From positions 47,031-111,030 of the forward strand of contig NZ_JBAQMD010000118.1 of NCBI RefSeq assembly GCF_049302455.1: a stretch of 64,000 bases of DNA, in the 5' to 3' direction. Under the pieces are notes generated by a model. The model had not been told where the DNA came from, did not search any database, and saw nothing but the letters and a program-made list of their open reading frames with translations. Shown here in pieces: positions 61,575 to 64,000 of this stretch. The translations under genes and the position numbers were made by a program. Every line of letters starts with the position of its first letter. Within the stretch, counting starts at the first letter, position 1. Source of the stretch: Rhodoferax ferrireducens. Lineage in GTDB: Bacteria > Pseudomonadota > Gammaproteobacteria > Burkholderiales > Burkholderiaceae_C.

Positions 61575-61616
61575 CTTTTAATAGCTACTCACCAATATAT
61601 GACGGGGGCTACAGCC
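61575..61616 (+). repeat. Dispersed ~45-bp repeat, copy 6 (plus orientation)
   Basis: cttttaATAGCTactcaccaatatatgACGGGGGCTACAGCC, in the non-coding gap between cheW and the gerW-like cluster. Confidence 0.65.
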
Positions 61617-61634
61617 CGATTTACCTTAATAAAA

Positions 61635-61766
61635 TCAACGCCCAAGATTTTTCGCACTGATGCCCGGAATCCCCCAACTTTCCTTGGGCACGTCGTGAAT
61701 CCAGACGCGCATGTTGGCAATGGGGGTGCCAGTGGCTTCGACCAGTGGTCGGTCACGACGCCTCAA
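61635..61766 (-). pseudogene. C-terminal remnant of a 4-oxalocrotonate-tautomerase-family gene
   Basis: My own minus-strand translation gives (L)RRRDRPLVEATGTPIANMRVWIHDVPKESWGIPGISAKNLGR*. This matches the second half of ~60-70-aa tautomerases (..G.P...V.V.I.E.....WG.GG). The N-terminal Pro1 half is missing, and the frame is closed 3 codons upstream by the stop of the preceding gene. Confidence 0.35.
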
Positions 61767-61775
61767 CCGGGAAAC

Positions 61776-62057
61776 TCACATGGCCGCCAGCACGGTGTCG
61801 AGTCCTGGCACTCTCTCGCGAAGCGCTTCGAGCGAGACCGCCGCGGCGTCCGTGTCGATGGCCCACAGGCCGCCCGCGTCACGCACGATCAGCGCGTACG
61901 GTTCCTTGATGGCCGAGAACCACAGACGCGTGCTGCCCCTGTCACCTCCCCGCCCCGAGTGCAACACCACGCGCTCGATGGGCAGCAGCATCACGGGCCC
62001 CTGGGTGATGGGTGTGCCGGCGCGCACAGTCTCGGTGTGGCGGGTGTGCTCAAGCAT
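61776..62057 (-). CDS. Small GerW/YtfJ-like protein lacking the glycine loop
   Basis: 93 aa, with an 8-nt overlap to the upstream gene. It aligns by eye with the 116-aa GerW-like protein: AGTPITQGPVMLLPIERV against VGEPITVEGNTLIPLISV, and IKEPYALIVRDAGG against VKPVALIIINKDG. Confidence 0.5.
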   Translation of the reverse strand: MLEHTRHTETVRAGTPITQGPVMLLPIERVVLHSGRGGDRGSTRLWFSAIKEPYALIVRDAGGLWAIDTDAAAVSLEALRERVPGLDTVLAAM

Positions 62058-62658
62058 GGCGGCCCTTCAGGGTGCGCCAGGCCCGGATCGACGCCGGCGA
62101 CAGGGCGAAGCCGATGGCCAGGATCAGGAATTGCAGTGGAACCAGCAACAAGCGGCCGCGAGCCTGGAACTCGAACACCGGGTCCAGGTACTCCGCTTCG
62201 ATCTGCACGTCCGCGTTGCGCAGGTTCTGCGCCACTGCATTCAGTGGTCCCACAAGCGCCCACAAACGACCGGTGTCTGCCGGATCGCCCAGACCCAGCC
62301 GCATGCGCAGGTGGAGTCGGTGCAGGTGGGCGGCACGGACAAGGTCTGTGACCAGGCGGTAGACCCGGCGGCGAAACGCCGCTTGCCGGAGCAGGGCAAA
62401 AGCGTTGGGGCGGCCGCTTCGTTTGCCGGGTTTCACTTGCACCTTGGTGGCTTTCGGCGTGGCTTTCGGCGCCCGTGATGACTTGTTGACGCCGGGAATC
62501 CGAACGCGAAAACGCACCAAGCCGAACATCCAGCGAATCGCAATTTGCCCATTAAAGGTCTCGATGCCTTCGACCCGAAACGCAAGGTCAATGGGCAGGG
62601 CGAGCAACAGTATCAGCAGCCCGAGAATGATGGCGATGATGACCGACACCGCGCCCAT
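62050..62658 (-). CDS. YtfI-like (DUF2953-type) membrane protein
   Basis: 202 aa. The N-terminal TM helix (VSVIIAIILGLLILLLALPI) followed by ...DLAFRVEG...IAIRWMFGLVRFRV matches my memory of the DUF2953 idiom. It is adjacent to a GerW-family gene, as ytfI-ytfJ are in Bacillus. Confidence 0.55.
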   Translation of the reverse strand: MGAVSVIIAIILGLLILLLALPIDLAFRVEGIETFNGQIAIRWMFGLVRFRVRIPGVNKSSRAPKATPKATKVQVKPGKRSGRPNAFALLRQAAFRRRVYRLVTDLVRAAHLHRLHLRMRLGLGDPADTGRLWALVGPLNAVAQNLRNADVQIEAEYLDPVFEFQARGRLLLVPLQFLILAIGFALSPASIRAWRTLKGRHA

Positions 62659-62670
62659 CGCGGGTAGCGC

Positions 62671-63021
62671 CTAAGCGGCGCTCGGCTTGTTCGGTGCGAA
62701 TTTGCCAGCAACGTCCGCGATCTTGTCCAGCAGCGAGGCGGCACCGCCCTTCACGGGTTCAACCCGCACGCCGTCTTTGTTGATGATGATCAGTGCGACC
62801 GGTTTGACGCCGCCACCGCCAGCCGCGCCGCCGCCGGTACCACCGCCCTTCTTGGGGTCCGTTCCTTCGCCGGCGCCAACGCCGAAGCCAAATCCAACGC
62901 TGATCAAGGGGATGAGTGTGTTGCCTTCCACCGTGATCGGTTCGCCGACGACGGTCTTGGTGTTGAGCATGTGCTCAATTTCACTGATCGCCTTGCCAAA
63001 CAGATTGTCGATATCCGCCAT
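62671..63021 (-). CDS. GerW/YtfJ-family protein
   Basis: 116 aa. VVGEPITVEGNTLIPLISVGFGFGVGAGEG...GGGTGGGAAGGGGVKPVALIIINKDGVRVEPV is the characteristic GerW layout of beta strands flanking a Gly-rich loop. Confidence 0.75.
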   Translation of the reverse strand: MADIDNLFGKAISEIEHMLNTKTVVGEPITVEGNTLIPLISVGFGFGVGAGEGTDPKKGGGTGGGAAGGGGVKPVALIIINKDGVRVEPVKGGAASLLDKIADVAGKFAPNKPSAA

Positions 63022-63174
63022 GATGTCCTCCTACGGGTAATGCGTTGATGGGTCACACGCGCAGGCGATAGGCGCCAGCATGCGCGAGGGGACCGATCAC
63101 CGCATTGAAGGGGGAAACGCAGTCCACGTGCTTGCGTTTAATCAAATCTGGCAGAGAAGGCGCGCGGCGCGGAC

Positions 63175-63666
63175 CTACTGCGCCGGACGACCCGGGCCCT
63201 GCGTACCCTGGGCGCGCGCCGAGAGATAGCCATAGAGATCCACGATATGGGCGCTCACGACGGGTTCGCCTTGCCACGCCGGCATCGTGAGCATGTATTT
63301 CTCCTTGCGCTGCACGATATCTTCGATCAAGGCTTGCCGCGTAGCGCCGTCGCTGCTGGCCTGCGCCGCCGGAAGATTCCAGTCATAACGCTTGAGCACG
63401 AGGCTCACGAATTGGTGCGAGCCCATTTCACGAACGATGGGCAACAGATCGGGAGCGCCCGCCGTGCCGGTCGCCAACAAGCCATGACAGCCCGCGCACC
63501 GGTCCTGGAAGATACGCCAGCCAATATAGACAGAGCCGGGTGGCTTGGAGAGCCGGGCGACCTCCTGGGCCGCCTGCCTGTTCTCCACTTCCACGGTACA
63601 TCCGGCCAGCAACAGGGCCGACACGAAGGCAGCGCCGTAGAGGAGACCGCGGCGTCTGGCCGCCAT
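63175..63666 (-). CDS. c-type cytochrome lipoprotein
   Basis: ORF 63175..63891, with ATG 63666 (MAARRRGLLYGAAFVSALLLAGC lipobox) preferred. Haem motif CAGCHG. Confidence 0.7.
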   Translation of the reverse strand: MAARRRGLLYGAAFVSALLLAGCTVEVENRQAAQEVARLSKPPGSVYIGWRIFQDRCAGCHGLLATGTAGAPDLLPIVREMGSHQFVSLVLKRYDWNLPAAQASSDGATRQALIEDIVQRKEKYMLTMPAWQGEPVVSAHIVDLYGYLSARAQGTQGPGRPAQ

Positions 63667-64000
63667 GCGCTCGAAGGGCTGCTTCAGCGCCAACATTAAA
63701 AGCCTTGCCATTGTCATCACCTTTGCGTTTCTCGCGGGCGCGAAACTGCGCCGCGAATCCGGCGTACTGCGCAGCGTATTCTGCGTGTACCGCATGGGAT
63801 TGTGGCAAGCAGCCTTCGCCATTGCCTTGCCAAAAATCAATGCTTGCTGCTGTCTGCGCATGCGCAACCGTGGGCGGCTGCCGCCGGGCAATGAACAGAG
63901 CCTGTCAAGGCAAATGTCTGACTTGAGCTGAGGCGTCAGCCTCGCCGAGCCGCCTCTATTGCTGCGATGTCGATCTTTCCCATCGTCATCATCGCGTCGA

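Noticed and set aside
61599-62478. Plus-strand ORFs of 250 and 255 aa overlapping the gerW-like cluster
   Set aside because: They are Arg/Pro/Gly-rich antisense frames. The minus-strand genes carry recognisable family signatures and sensible overlaps.
63936-64000. Minus-strand frame open to the window edge (..DAMMTMGKIDIAAIEAARRG*)
   Set aside because: Only 21 codons are visible, which is not enough to identify or even confirm a gene.

Overview
This is a 64-kb chromosomal window from a high-GC Gram-negative bacterium. Protein idiom and gene neighbourhoods look betaproteobacterial, possibly Comamonadaceae-like, but that is inference because no search was possible. Most of the window is ordinary core genome. 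From 1-3307 there is an amino-acid ABC transporter, an FAD oxidoreductase and an XRE/cupin regulator. From 21.3-40.8 kb there are cytochrome c5, rsmE, an OmpA-family lipoprotein, pyruvate kinase, class II FBP aldolase, purC, a GntR/FadR-type regulator with a lutA-lutC-lutB operon, a thioredoxin/TPR protein, purE-purK, a Sua5/TsaC-family protein, ompW, a secreted GDSL hydrolase, a SemiSWEET, dacB and a DMT permease. From 46.3-60.9 kb there are tsaB-rimI-UDG, an MFS permease, phnCDE, a dihydrolipoamide-dehydrogenase-family flavoprotein, an AraC/GyrI regulator, a DMT permease, a hydratase, an MCP and cheW. Three accessory segments stand out. (1) A ~17.6-kb island (3631-21207) is integrated into tRNA-Arg(CCG) and bounded by a 27-bp direct repeat of the tRNA 3' end. 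It carries a tyrosine integrase whose 5' end is disrupted by an 8-bp tandem duplication, a serine recombinase, an XRE-ImmA plus PIN-like pair, several unassignable genes, a GIY-YIG protein and a five-gene type I R-M operon with two non-canonical inserts. (2) A lower-GC two-gene operon (40767-46144) encodes a DUF4143-type AAA+ ATPase translationally coupled to a 1372-aa NACHT-like STAND NTPase that ends in a PD-(D/E)xK-like module. It is wedged between housekeeping genes and bracketed by two direct copies of a dispersed ~45-bp repeat. This is my best candidate for an undescribed (defence-like) system. (3) A ytfI/gerW-like three-gene cluster (61776-63021) lies next to a truncated tautomerase remnant. 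The ~45-bp repeat family occurs at least six times, twice in-frame inside coding sequence. I saw no CRISPR array, rRNA or IS element. All calls rest on reading the supplied translations and the sequence by eye, and no database search or folding was run.
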